From positions 37,386,001 through 37,450,000 of the forward strand of contig OX597829.1 in assembly GCA_951406725.2 (NCBI GenBank): a stretch of DNA of 64,000 nucleotides. The letters are read 5' to 3'. Position numbers and translations under genes: made by a program. Below the pieces are notes generated by a model that ran no database searches, was not told where the DNA came from, and worked only from the letters and a program-made list of their open reading frames with translations. Positions 1-12,365 of the stretch are shown in pieces. Each line of letters opens with the position of its first letter. Position 1 is the stretch's first letter. Origin of the DNA: Octopus vulgaris. Lineage: Eukaryota.

Positions 1-1350
1 GATTCACTTTCCCTGTCAGCACTACAGCATACGACCAGAGGTAGGACTTGATTATTTGTCCATCTTGGATGCGTAAACCCTTCTCTCCCATCTGTTTCCT
101 CATCTTCAGTTCAGATATTAGGTTTCTCCGGCGAATTCTCTCTCTCAGTCAGTATTCCTCGCGAAAACCCATATTGGGGTCCTCCCAGGCATGCATCTGA
201 GCTCTGTTCAGAAATGTTGAAGCCTCCTGATCGGAAGAAAAGATTACTCTTATTGGGCGTGGTCTAGTGTCTGAGGTTGAGTTTGCTTGGAATCTTCCTA
301 GCTGAGCGACCTTATGGATACTGACATTTTCGTTGACAGAGAACAATTCTCCAACTAAAACGGAAACAAAATTTGTCTTCTTTTAGGCAGTTTATGCCTG
401 TATCACAGGTGAATTCAGCTTTACCATAAATGATTGCTGATCTTGAGTGGGCAAAATGGTCTTTCTGTTCTCTACTTTGAGCTGCGGCATTCGATTCTTC
501 GTTGGATGATTTCGAAAAGGTGGTTTCATAGCCATCAGACTTATGTCGGCCTTTGGGGTCGATCGGAATGGGTTTAGTGGTCATAATTTTCCCGCCTTAT
601 TTGGAACTGCACTGCCTCTTCTTCGGTTTGGAAGAGCACCACTCCCCAGATGAACTCACATCAAGATCATTCAGAATTGGTTGAGCAATGGCATTGATGG
701 GAAGGACAAGTGAGGGAGAATCCAAACAGATTTGATCTTGAGCAGGTTTCGCAGCTAAATCTGCCCCACTGGAGTTTTGACTACGTTTCTTCTTTTTGGG
801 AGAACAACGGTCTTCAGGTGGGTTTGAGTCTACGCTCCTCAATTCAGGTTGGGGAACTTCCGGGACCGAAAAGGCAGATGAGGAAGAATCCGCACAGGAA
901 CGATCATGTGTGGAAACGACTGCCGGTTCCTTCGCCTTCTTTGGCCGCTTCGATTTTGTTCCCTTCAGTTTGGACGTCTTCAGGGAAGAAATCAAGGGTG
1001 GCTCTGCGTCAATAGGAGACTGTTTATTCAGTAAATGAGCAACAACAGACTTTAGGTGCTCGACCTCTTGTTTGAGCAACAGCAACTGCTCGTTGAGATG
1101 ACTGTTGGTAGGTCCATCATCCTGATGATAAGTCCTGATTTCAGGGCCCCCATGTGAAAGCCTGATATCACCGATCGCCTCACCAACTGAATTCTCCAAA
1201 AAAGGATCATGTTGTTCCTAATCCAGCAGTCCTATGATGAAAGAAGTTCTAGCCTTCTCTAGCCAATCCTGTAGGAAAGCCAAAGCCGTTCTAGTGCGTA
1301 TGCTATATTTAAAAATCATTTTTCTTTGTCAGTGAGCAAGGAAGCCTAAC
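1..1350 (-). mobile_element. CR1-type LINE 5' part: 5' UTR and frameshifted ORF1
   Basis: ORF pieces 597-1199, 312-584 and 149-346 give a coiled coil, a low-complexity linker and RRM-like RSAIIYG...RPRPIRVIF, typical of CR1/L2 ORF1. Confidence 0.7.
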
Positions 1351-1351
1351 A

Positions 1352-2080
1352 TACGATTTCGAGCCGGGTCGTCTGCTGCTGGAGAGGACCGATCAGGTAA
1401 AGGACCTGGGTATCTTGGTGGATTCCTCCTTTTCGCCTTCGGCCCAGTGCGTCCATGCTGCCAACAAAGCACGTGGAATTCTGTTCTTGATTCGACGGTC
1501 ATTCGGAATGCTCACAGCAGCCATATTCCTACCACTCTATGTCACGCTGGTGAGACCCATATTGGAGTACGGGATTCAAGCCTCTTCTCCTTATCTCCTC
1601 AAAGACATACAGCATCTCAAAAGAGTCCAGAAGCTGGCTACCCGCATGGTTCATGGTCTCAAAAATTTGTCCTATGAAGAAAGGCTGAGGACGCTCGACC
1701 TTTATTCTCTTGAAAAACACCGCCGCCGTGGTGATCTCATTCTCGCCCACAACATCATAAGCGGAAAGTGTAACCTCTCAAAAGAGCTGTTCTTCACTCC
1801 TGCTCCAGAGCGTCGGCTGCGGGGTCATTCCGAAAAGCTCTACCTGCGACGATTTCATCTCAATCGAAGGAGAGGAGCTTTCTCCGTCTGGGTTGCGGAT
1901 CCGTGGAACAAGCTGCCAGACGAGATGGTGAAGATGCCGACGACCGCTTTGTTCAAAGCCTCCCTTGACCTCAAGTGGCCTGAACTCTTTACATGAACAC
2001 CACCCTGTACTTAACTCCATGTCCCCCTACATGGCCTTGCTATTTGCTTTTGAGCCAAATTAACTAACTAACTAACTAAT
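1352..2080 (+). mobile_element. CR1 LINE 3' end (ORF2 C-terminus, 3' UTR, (TAAC)n tail)
   Basis: KDLGILVD, LYVTLVRPILEY, RVQKLATR, LSYEERL..LDL.SLE.RR.RGDLI, RGH..KL and WNKLP; tandem-repeat tail at about 2060-2080. Confidence 0.93.
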
Positions 2081-3247
2081 AGGGATGAGATATTTTGGTG
2101 CTGCCTATCCGGTGTCTTTTATTCAGCATGACATCAGATGTATTGATGTTTTTCTCACTTTAATGTTTTCCATCTTTCTGTTTATGTATGAGCATATTTC
2201 TATGTATATAAGAAAAGGGAAAGTGTTTGAGCCAAATTTTGTTCAATTAATAAATTGCAAAATTCCTCTTTCACTCCCTCTGTATGTGTATATTTCTGCA
2301 TGTGTGTCTGTTTTCCTCCAATGCCAAAATGTACTGTCATCAAACCGGGTTCAGTGTCCAGTCAGCCCTGCCAAATTACCAGCTTCTGAACAGCTCTGCC
2401 CAATTGTCTCATTTCATATGCCACCACCTGTTTAATACTTCTTGGGCTTTTGGCATAAGTGTTCACTTTCTTGAAGTGCTAATTCTTGCTTCACTTCATG
2501 TAGTACAATTTTTTGTTAAAGGGTAGAAATATTATCTTTCTCAGCATATGCCAGAGAGGACAATGACTAAGCATTGGAAAGCTACCCAGCAAACACAAAT
2601 TCCAAGTCTGCCTATGGTTACTCTTTTACTTGTTTCAGTCATTTGACTGTGGCCATGCTGGAGCATCGCTTTAGTCAACCATATTGACCACAGGACTTAT
2701 TCTTTGTAAGCCTAGTGCTTATTCTATTGGTCTCTTCTGCCAAACCGCTAAGTTATGGGGACCTAAACACACCAGCATCGGTTGTCAAGCGATGCTGGGG
2801 GGGGGGGGGGACAAACAGATGCACACACACATATACATATATACGACGGTCTTCTTTCAGTCTCCGTCTACCAAATCCACTCACAAGGCTCTGGTCGGCC
2901 CGAGGTTATAGTAGAAGACACTTACCCAAGGTGCCATGCAGTGGGATTGAATCGGGAACCATGTGGTTCGTTAGCGAGCTACTTACCACACAGCCACTCC
3001 TTCGCCTAATGATTACTAACATCCATCTAGACAAGAGATCAAAGTATTTAAAAACAAGTCATAGATCCAGCTAGCTCTTCCCACAGTCAAATTTAAACAC
3101 ATAGCTCATGAAAATAACAAAGAAAAGTTAAATTTAATTTTTCTTTACAAACATTTGACTTCAACATAACCTGTGCCTAACCCTTTTCCTATTAATACAT
3201 CCTACACTCTACTTCTAAGATACAAGTCTCTCATCTTTTTATCAACT

Positions 3248-3640
3248 AGGCATAGGAGTGGCTGTGTGGTAAGTAGCTTTCTTACCAACCACATGGTTCC
3301 GGGTTCAGTCCCACTGTGTGGCACCTTGGGCAAGTGTCTTCTACTATAGCCTCGGGCCGACCAAAGCCTTGTGAGTGGATTTGGTACACAGAAACTGAAA
3401 GAAGCCCGTCGTGTATATATGTGTGTGTGTGTGTTTGTGTTTGTCCCCCCAACATCGCTTGACAACCGATGCTGGTGTGTTTACGTCCCCGTAACTTAGT
3501 GGTTTGGCAAAAGAGATCGCTAGAATAAGTACTAGGCTTACAAAGAATAAGCCCTGGGGTCGATTTGCTCGACTAAAGGCGGTGCTCCAGCATGGCCACA
3601 GTCAATTGACTGAAGCAAGTAATAGAATAAAAGAAAAAAG
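3248..3640 (+). mobile_element. tRNA-derived CORE-type SINE family A (also 2621-3008-, 12126-12520-, 19256-19647-, 27303-27712+, 28790-29211-, 54221-54559+, 60127-60558+, plus many decayed copies)
   Basis: A/B boxes (tggctgtgtgg, gggttcagtccc), caccttgggcaagt core, internal TA/TG microsatellite, gaaacaagtaaaaga tail. Confidence 0.9.
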
Positions 3641-4908
3641 AACTATCCACAAGGTCACTCTCTCTATTTCAGTTTCACTTTGAAAACTATGTCAGTATGA
3701 AAACTGATTCCACTCCATTTCTCTACATTTGTCAGTAACCATAATTTCCAATTACTTTGGTTTAAAATGTCTTTCCTCATTCCTAAATATGAGCTATCTC
3801 TACTATTCTCCCATCTCTTTACCTTGTCTTGCACTAACTTCAGTATCCGCAACAAATTTAAAATGATGGAAAGTTAATCAAAAATTAGGGAAATACTGAA
3901 ATGAGATGAATAAATTTGTGTTCAGAATTACATCCAGTCAAACAACAAAAGTACAGTCTTTAGAGTGATTATAACAATGAAGTTGAATGGTAGCCTATGT
4001 TAATAGCAGAAAAAAATCAACACATAAGGTATTATTAGTTGGTGTGAGATAGAATAGTTAAGTCTGTACAAGTAATCAACAATATAATGCATTTATCTTG
4101 GCATATTGCACCACAGCCAAGTAGATAAACAGAAGAACTGCTCTTTAAAACCTTCTGCAAAGTGGTCTCACTATTTTAACCCTTCAGCTAACTTAGAAAA
4201 TGAAGAATTTAGCAAAATAACTGTTAAGCTTATGTCTGGAATTTAATTTGACATAAAATGTTGATAGGTTTTAGCTTGGATCGCTTTAAAAATTAAGTTT
4301 GTATCATAGAACCAGAAGTAGTGTCAGGCAGATGGGTATCAAAAGGATTAACGAATGTCTTGGATAATGCCATGAGCGCTTCCCTCATGTGAAGGATATG
4401 CTACAAAGAATGAGATGAAGGCTTCAAAAGTTGTCATGCAAGCATTTAGGAAACTGGCCAACTACTAGGTTACTCACTAGCTAGGCAGACACATTTGCCA
4501 GACAGACTATATTTATCAGGAAATTTGATAAATAGATGGTTATGAATGTTGTCTTTTTCTTGGAGAAGACTGTACCAACATAGGCTAGTGAGACAGAATC
4601 ATCTGCTCCCACTTCTAATTGATGCTTTGATATGACCATGCGTTGTGTTGAAGATAACATTGAAGTCCATGATGTAGTTCTGTTAATTACATGGTTGATT
4701 ATGGATGAAGTTGCCAGCAGGTCATGGTTTACATTAAGAACTTTTTTTTTTCCTGCAAAGCAAGTCCCAAAAGCAACTCTCAGATTTGCACTAGAAACAG
4801 TTCTGGAATCTTCCAAAGTCTTAAGTTGCTTTAGTAATGAAAACACCTTGGAAAGCAGTAACCATCTTTAAAAGATTAATTATATTAGTTTAATGCACTA
4901 TATATATA

Positions 4909-6145
4909 GGGTTGTCCGGAAAGTTTGTGCCGATTTTTAAAGGAAAGAAAAAGGTCAAATACTTGCCATTACATTTTTAATCAACCGAATATGAACCAAT
5001 TTTGTTGCACAATGTATCTCCATCTTTCCTTTAACTTGAAAATACCCTCTTCCCAGAATTAAGGTGGTTTAATGGCAAAGTTTTCATCAAGGTGTCTTTT
5101 TACCTCATCCAAGAAATTGAAATTTTTACCATTAAGACTATTCTGCAGAGACCTGAATAAGTGGAAATCCAAAGGAGCAATATCTGGTGAATATGGAGGG
5201 TGATGTAACACACCAGCTGAGCTGCAGCAATTTTTGTCTGGTTCCCAAAGAAACATGTGGTCTTGCATTATCATGTTGGAAAACAACACCCTTCCCATTG
5301 GCCAATTCTGGACGTATCTCTTGAATTGCTGCTTTTAGCTCATCCAGTTGTATGCAGTATTTTTCAGAAATGTCTGAGAATTCCTTTCCAATCCCACCAG
5401 ACACAAAGCAAGACATTTCTAGGGTGAAGACCTGCTTTTGGGGTGGCTCATGTCGCTTACTCCAGGATCGCTTTCTCTGAATATTTCCATAGATAATCCA
5501 TTTCTCATCACCTGTCACAATTTGCTTTAAAAAAGGCACGTTTTCATTCCGTTTATAAAGCGAATCACAGATAGAAATGTGATTGAAAAGGTTCTTCTCA
5601 CTCAACTCATGTGGAACCCAAACATCGTAGGGATTTGTGTACACAAGCTTTACCAGGTGCTCATGAACGACAGATTTTGATAAGTTGAGGCTTTCTGCCA
5701 ATTCTCGAGTTGTGCAATGTAGGTTATTCTCAATTAATGACTTGATTTGGTCATCATCTGTAGTGGATGGTCTGCCTGATTGCTCTTTATCAATAAGGCT
5801 ACAATCTCCAGCTCGGAATTTTGCGAACCACTTCCGTACAGTTCTTTCGGATAAAGAAACATCACCATAAACTGCGCATATTTCTTTGGTTGCTTGTGAG
5901 GCAATTTTCCCTTTACAGAAAAAGAAAAGCATCAAGTGCCGAAAATGAACTTTCTTATCTTCCATTTTAAAGGGTTACAGAATTAACACGGGTTATAGGA
6001 ACATAAACCTTCTTCCATGAAAAGATAGCTTAAATTGTGCTCTAAATGGAGGTGTAGTCAAATCCTATTTTATGGAATCAACCATGTTCTAAAATAAGTC
6101 GAAAGGTAAGCTACTATAAATCAGCACAAACTTTCCAGTCAACCC
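4909..6145 (-). mobile_element. Mariner transposon, full-length but frameshifted
   Basis: 28-bp TIRs (gggttgtccggaaagtttgtgccgattt / aaatcagcacaaactttccagtcaaccc); transposase with WVPHEL, GDEKW, HDNARPH and YSPDIAPLD. Confidence 0.95.
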
Positions 6146-6988
6146 AGAGACCCTGTGCTTGAGGAGACCTATTGAGTCAAGTACATCAAAATAAATATAA
6201 AATGGAAATTGTAGTTGTGATACCTGTGCCGGTGGCACGTAAAAAGCACCATTCAAATGTGGCCGATGCCAGCGCCACCTTGACTGGCTTCTGTGCCGGT
6301 GGTACGTAAAAAGCACCAACCAATCATGACCACTGCCAGCCTCCCCTGGCACGTAAAAAGCACCCACTACACTCATGGAGTGGTTGGTGTTAGACAGGGC
6401 ATCCAGCTGTAGAAACACTGCCAGATTCAGACTGGAGCCCGGTGCAGCCTCCTGGCTTCCCAGACACCGGTCAAGCCATCCAACCCGTGCTAGCATGGAA
6501 AACGGACGTTAAACGATGATGATAATATGTTCTTTATAAGAGCATCAAACTAATAAACTAATATATATTAATTATATATCTTACCTTCTTATATGAGTGA
6601 AAACAAAAAGAAATGCACATCACAGATTAGTTGTTTTCATTGTTGTTGGATTTTATTAGATAACAGATCACATGACTTTGTATGGGAACAGATCCATCCA
6701 ATACAAAGCCATTATAGAAAACAAATGTAAAACACTGCTGCCAATGATAATGATAAGCATAAATACTTGCTCACTAGTTAAAAACAAAAATTTAATTGAG
6801 TGAAAGATGCAAATTTTGATTAAAGAATTTTTATTTCATCTGATTTCTTTTTTAATGTTAATAAATTAAATTTACAATATTTATAACACCATTTCTTATA
6901 AATGTTCGTGAAAAGGTTTTCTTGATCAGAGATGATCTTGGGTTTAAACATTTAATAAGCTTCATTTCAGTGTCTCTCAGTGTTCATG

Positions 6989-7000
6989 TTATTTGCTGTA
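6989..7000 (-). CDS. LYRM9: LYRM9 terminal coding exon (YSK-stop) followed by 3' UTR
   Basis: Pyrimidine-rich tttttatcgttacag| then TAC AGC AAA TAA; gives KKY ending like LYRM9 orthologs; minus-strand AATAAA at 6830-6835 and 6652-6657. Confidence 0.7.
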   Translation of the reverse strand, partial: YSK

Positions 7001-9004
7001 CTGTAACGATAAAAATTATATTAACGATGATGATAATAGTAATAATCCTATTATAGGCACAAGGCCTGAAATTTTTGAGGGAGGGGTTAGTCGATTAAAT
7101 CAACCCCAGTAGTCAAATGGTGCTTATTTCATCAACCCCAAAAAGTTGAAAGGCAAAGTCAACCTCAGCAGAATTTGAACTCAGAACATAAAAACAAACA
7201 AAATGCGGCTAAGCATTTTGCCTGGCATGCTAATGATTCTGCCAACTTGCCACCTTAATGACTTCAAATTTTAGCACAAGGCCAGCAATTTTGCGGGAAG
7301 GAGGTAAGTTGATTACAGTTCAACTGGTACAAATTTTGACCCCTAAAAGGCTAAGGAGCAAAGTCAATTTTGACAAAATTACAACTCGGAGTATAAGGAC
7401 AGACAAAATGTCATTAAGCATTTTTGCTTGGCATGCTAATGATTCTGCCAGCTCATCAACTTATTGATGATCTTAATGCTTTCTACTATAGGCCTGAAAT
7501 TTTAGGAGAGTAAGTCAATTACATCAACCCCAATGTTTCGTTGGTACTTAATTTATCAACCCCCAAGAGGATGACAGGCAAGTCGACCTTGGCAGAATTT
7601 GAACTCAGAACATAAAGACAGACAAAATGCTGCTAAGCATTTTTCTTGGTGTGCTAACGATTCTGCCACTGCACCACCTTAATAATAATGATGATAATGG
7701 TGGTTTCTGATTTAGGCACAGGGCTAGACGTTTTGAGAGGTGGGTCTTAGTTGATTAGATCAACACACCACTTGATTGGTACTGTATTTTATCAACCTCA
7801 CTGAAATGGGGATTGATAAAATTTGACCAACATGAGCAGGATTTAAAGTGAAAATGTAAACAGCTGGAAGAAATACCACAAATCATTTAGTCTGATGTTC
7901 TAGCTGTAAAAACCATGCCAAAACTAACCCCACATAAAAAGCACTCATCCGGTATTAGGAAGGGCATCCAGCCATAAAAACCATACTAAGACAGACAGTG
8001 AAGCCAGGTGCAGTCTTTGGTCAGACCAGCTTCCATCAAATCGTCCAATCTATGCCAGTATGGAAGGCAGACTTTAAATGATGAATCTCAATCATTCTGA
8101 CATCTGGTAAGTATCTTTTCTCTTTTATTCATTTCAGTCATTGGACCATAGCCATGCTGGGGCACTGCCTTGAAGGATTTGGTCAAACAAATCAACTCTT
8201 GTAAGCCTGGTACTTATTCTCTGAGGACCTTTTGCCAAACCTCCAAGTTACAGGAACATAAACAAACCAACACCAGTTGTCAAACAAGGGTGGAAGACAA
8301 ACACAACACATAGATACATATACAGACATATATGTGTATAGACAACTGGGGCCTTGTGCAGTCGTCTGGCATACCAGCTCCAATCAAGCAATCCAATGCA
8401 TACCAGCTTGGAGAATGGACATTAAAAGATAATAATGATGATGATGTACACATATGATGGGCTTCTTTCAATTTCCATCTACCAAATTAACTCATGAGGT
8501 TTTTGTTGGCCTGGTGCTATAGTAGAAGACATTAGTCCAAGGTGCCACACATTACATACTGAATCCAAGAGCACATAGTTGGGAAGCAAGTTTCTTACCT
8601 ACACACCCACACCTTCACCTAAAAGGCAAATTTGGCCTTGGCTGTGTTTGAATTCAAACAGCAAATAGCAGGAATAATTACTGCAAAGCAATCTTTCCAA
8701 TCTCTGTCAACTGACTGCTACAGATACATGCAAGAATGTTTCACTAAGGAGTTATAATTAAAACAGAAACACACCCACAGTTATCAGTGTGTTTATCAAA
8801 CATCAGACAGACTCATTCTTCATTAGCTGCCATATAGTTTATATTTAATGAATTTGGCTCTCAGGGTTTCTCTTTCATCTTTCTTCCCCAAAAATTGACA
8901 TTAATGCCAAAACAACTTTTTTTCTTTATGTGTAACTTCCATTAACCCTCTCGTTACTGTATTTATTTTGAGATGCTCTGTGTTTCTTTTAATTATTTTA
9001 AATA

Positions 9005-9142
9005 CAAGGTTGTCCCAAAAGTTCGTAAACACTTGCGAAAATTTGAATTTTTATGCAATTTTTAATTGTTTGTTTGGGTTTATATTGTTATAGTTACCTT
9101 CATCTTTATATTCCAGATTTACGAACTTTTGGGACAACCTAA
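9005..9142. mobile_element. Tc1/mariner MITE nested in a piggyBac MITE
   Basis: aggttgtcccaaaagttcgtaaa TIRs with TA flanks. Confidence 0.8.
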
Positions 9143-10188
9143 TATAACAAAGAATTTAGTCAAATAACTTAGTTATCATTCAGCTAGTGTTAAGAACATA
9201 AATTGTGACAAAGGTTTAGTGGAAGATTTTAATGCAAAACTTATGAAAACAAAACATTTGTACTTCAGAGCCAGAGTTGGTTTCAGCTGGGTTGGTAACA
9301 AAAGGGTTAAGTTGAATTTTTTTTCTTGGCCTACCACATGAGTATGTTAGCTTATACCCCAACCTACACAAACAAGTATATATTGTTTTAATGTTAATTT
9401 TTTTTTATGCTTGCATAGAGCAGAATTCATTGAAACAGGTTTTCTATGGCCAGATGCTCTTCCTGATATCAGCTCTCACCTATTTTCAAGCAAGATATTT
9501 TTCTATGGTTGTGTATGTTTTCACAGGAGACTGAAAGTGAATGACAATGTTCACATAATGGTGTCCCTTGTTTCCAACTGTCACCAAGGAGACAAAACAC
9601 CTACACACACACATTGAAAGCAAATGAACAGAAAGATTTACCACAACAGAGTTGAGAAAACAACAAAGAAATGCATTTATATAATGGTACCGGGATGTAT
9701 TGTGAATGATGCAGAAGAGATTAACCTTGTTAGACTTCAGAAACAATTAAATGAGTGAGCTTTAAATGTGAGATGAAGACATCAGTTGCATAGGTCTACC
9801 TACCATACAACATCAGTACTATAGACTGGTTTAACAAATAAACGGAAAAACAATAATGATAATAGTAAACAATAATAAATCTCTGAGCCAGGTATAAACA
9901 GTAGCTGCACAAAATCGTGAAGTACATTTGCCACTTAAATATAGCTAGCCCTTAAGGGTGGATGCTACTGTAGCTTGTAGCCCCATGAAGACATCTCCTC
10001 CAGCTGGTTTCTGCAAATACTGATAGAGCACAGAAAGTGTGTCAATAGCCAGCTGGAGGAAATGTCTTCCTGGTGCTACAAGCTACAGTAGCATCAACCC
10101 TTAAGGGTTAGTCACTTTTAAGAGGCAAATATACTTCTTGATGATAGTAATGTTGCAATATCTAAATTTACAATTATAACATAAATAC

Positions 10189-10281
10189 CTTTTTAATAAG
10201 CCAGTCCATATCATCAAGTGCTCTGGACATTATTTGACTTATTCGGCTAGGATCAGTTTCATCTGCATGGCTGTTAAATCC
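10189..10281 (-). CDS. LYRM9: LYRM9 coding exon 2 (GFNSHADETDPSRISQIMSRALDDMDWLIKK)
   Basis: tgcag| acceptor, AAG|gtattt donor, 93 nt, phase 0/0; resembles vertebrate LYRM9 FxxHSDEDxPxRIxQIIxRAIEDADW. Confidence 0.92.
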
Positions 10282-10906
10282 CTGCATAGATGGAAAAGAA
10301 TCAGAATGGACATGCTAATATTTTCAAATCACCTATGTGAGAAAAAAAAATTTAACATTACATCAACAATTTTTCCTTTATAGTTTCTGCACATTAAACT
10401 AAACAAGATATGTCCATATGGTTATGGTGTTTGCTTCGCAACCATGTGGTTTCAAGTTCAGTCCCACTGCATGGCACCTTGTGCAAGAGTCTTCTACTAT
10501 CGCCCCAGGCTGACCAAATCCTTGTAAGAAGATTTGGTAGATGGAAACTGAAAAAAAACATCTTGTGTGTGAGTGTCCTCATCTTGACATCACATGATAG
10601 ATATGAGTGTCACTGTCATACAAGCAGTGTCATTTGTTTCCAATCTTTTATGAAACCTTGTCCAGTCATGAGGAAATATTACCTCGCCTGGAAACAAGTG
10701 GTTTTGCAACAGGAAAAGCATCAAGCCATAGAAAATCTGCCTCAAGCAAACATGGAAAAGTGAACATTAAAAAAAAAAAAAACAATAATGAAATTATTTA
10801 AATACAAATGAGTTACAGAAGCTTTCCATCATTTGCTTACTGCTCATAATATTAGTCATACTTCATATATATTATGTGTTTATATTCCAAAGAGGTCAGC
10901 CAGTTA

Positions 10907-11797
10907 TTAGGTTGTTCAGAAAATAATGACCGATTTTAAAAATAAGCCTCTATTCTTGAAAAACTGAAAATAATTACTGAAAATATGATCCCTGAGCAGC
11001 TATGCATTTCTTCCATCAATTAACAAGTTCATTTATTTCTCTTCAATAAAAATCCAAAGATTATAATGCCAAGAAATCCTTGAATTCAGTTTCAGCCTTG
11101 GTTTTGGAACGGAAGGATTGTTGCCTTAAATAAGTGCCTAGATACTTGAAAAAGTGGTGGTTGGTGGATGAAAGATCAGGAGAATATGAAAGATGTGGTA
11201 AGGTCTTGTATTCCAAGTTTGTGAGCTTCTGCAATGTCATCCTGGAAATGTGCAGTCAAGTGTTGTCGTGGAGCAGAATTGGACCACATCAATTAACAAG
11301 TGCAGGTCTCATTTTGCTTGAGTGAACATTCATTCCTTCCAGTTGCTTACAGTCACCAAGAATAGAAGACATTTCTCTGACACTTTGTTGTGGGTTTTGT
11401 TCCCCTATTGTTTTCAAATGCTGATCACCAAGGGTGGATGGACGTCCTCTACCTTCTTGTTCTTCAAGGCTCTCATCCTCACTATGGAATCTCTCAAACC
11501 ACTGTTGTGACCCTTCACCTCATGCTCTGTTGATATTGGCAGCTGTTTGGGAAGCATTATGTCCAAGCTTGAATTCATGCAATAAAAGTAAACACATTTC
11601 TTGTTTTTTCATTTTTTGAAATTAAGGATTTCTACACTTCAAAATTATATTCTGAAAGAAATCAATAAAAGCTAATTAAAGAGTACACGTCAATTATTAA
11701 GCATGTAAAACTTTGTCTAAAACGCTACGAAGGTAACATCTTATATCGAATTTGCAAAATTATTTTAAAAAAATTTGACAGTATTTTCCAAACCTAA
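10907..11797 (-). mobile_element. Decayed mariner element
   Basis: ttaggtt...aacctaa termini; minus-strand YSPDLS..HHFF remnant near 11150-11190. Confidence 0.7.
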
Positions 11798-12327
11798 TGC
11801 TTACACATGGTTTTATAGAGATGTCTTTGGAGTAATACTCCTGAATACACCACAGCACAACTAATGTCATGTGAATAATTCCTTCTAATTTTGACACAAG
11901 TTCAGTAATTTTAAGGTGAAGGGGAAGATGACTACATCGACCCCAGTGCTCAACTCTGTTTCATATCTGTATTTTACTGCCACAAATACAGTGGTATCCC
12001 TTCTCAGAGAAGTATAACCCCATGCCACCTCCACTAACATATGCCCGACACACACAATCTCTTGTTGCCCATATGTCCAATCCCTGCCCATCCAGTGGTT
12101 AATTAAATAAAACCAAAAATAACAATTCTTTTATTCTTTTACTTGTTTCAGTCATTTTGACAGTGGCCACGCTGGAGCACCACCTCTAGTCGAGCAAATC
12201 GACCTCAGGACTTATTCTCTGTAAGCCCAGTACTTATTTTATCAGTCTCTTTTGCCAAACCGCTAAGTTACTGGGGACATAAACACACCAGCATTGGTTG
12301 TCAAGCAATGCTGGGACACACACATAC

Positions 12328-12365
<38 letters not shown>

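Noticed and set aside
2684-3465. Recurring ORFs such as RLPNPLTRLWSARGYSRRHLPK
   Set aside because: Translations of SINE family A copies, not proteins.
4481-4871. 121-aa and 79-aa ORFs
   Set aside because: No recognisable motif or supporting splice structure.
5138-5965. SETMAR-like host gene
   Set aside because: No SET domain; frameshifted transposase between TIRs.
6580-6590. Strong minus-strand donor GAAG|gtaaga downstream of the LYRM9 stop
   Set aside because: It lies beyond two AATAAA signals and no partner exon was identified; could be chance.
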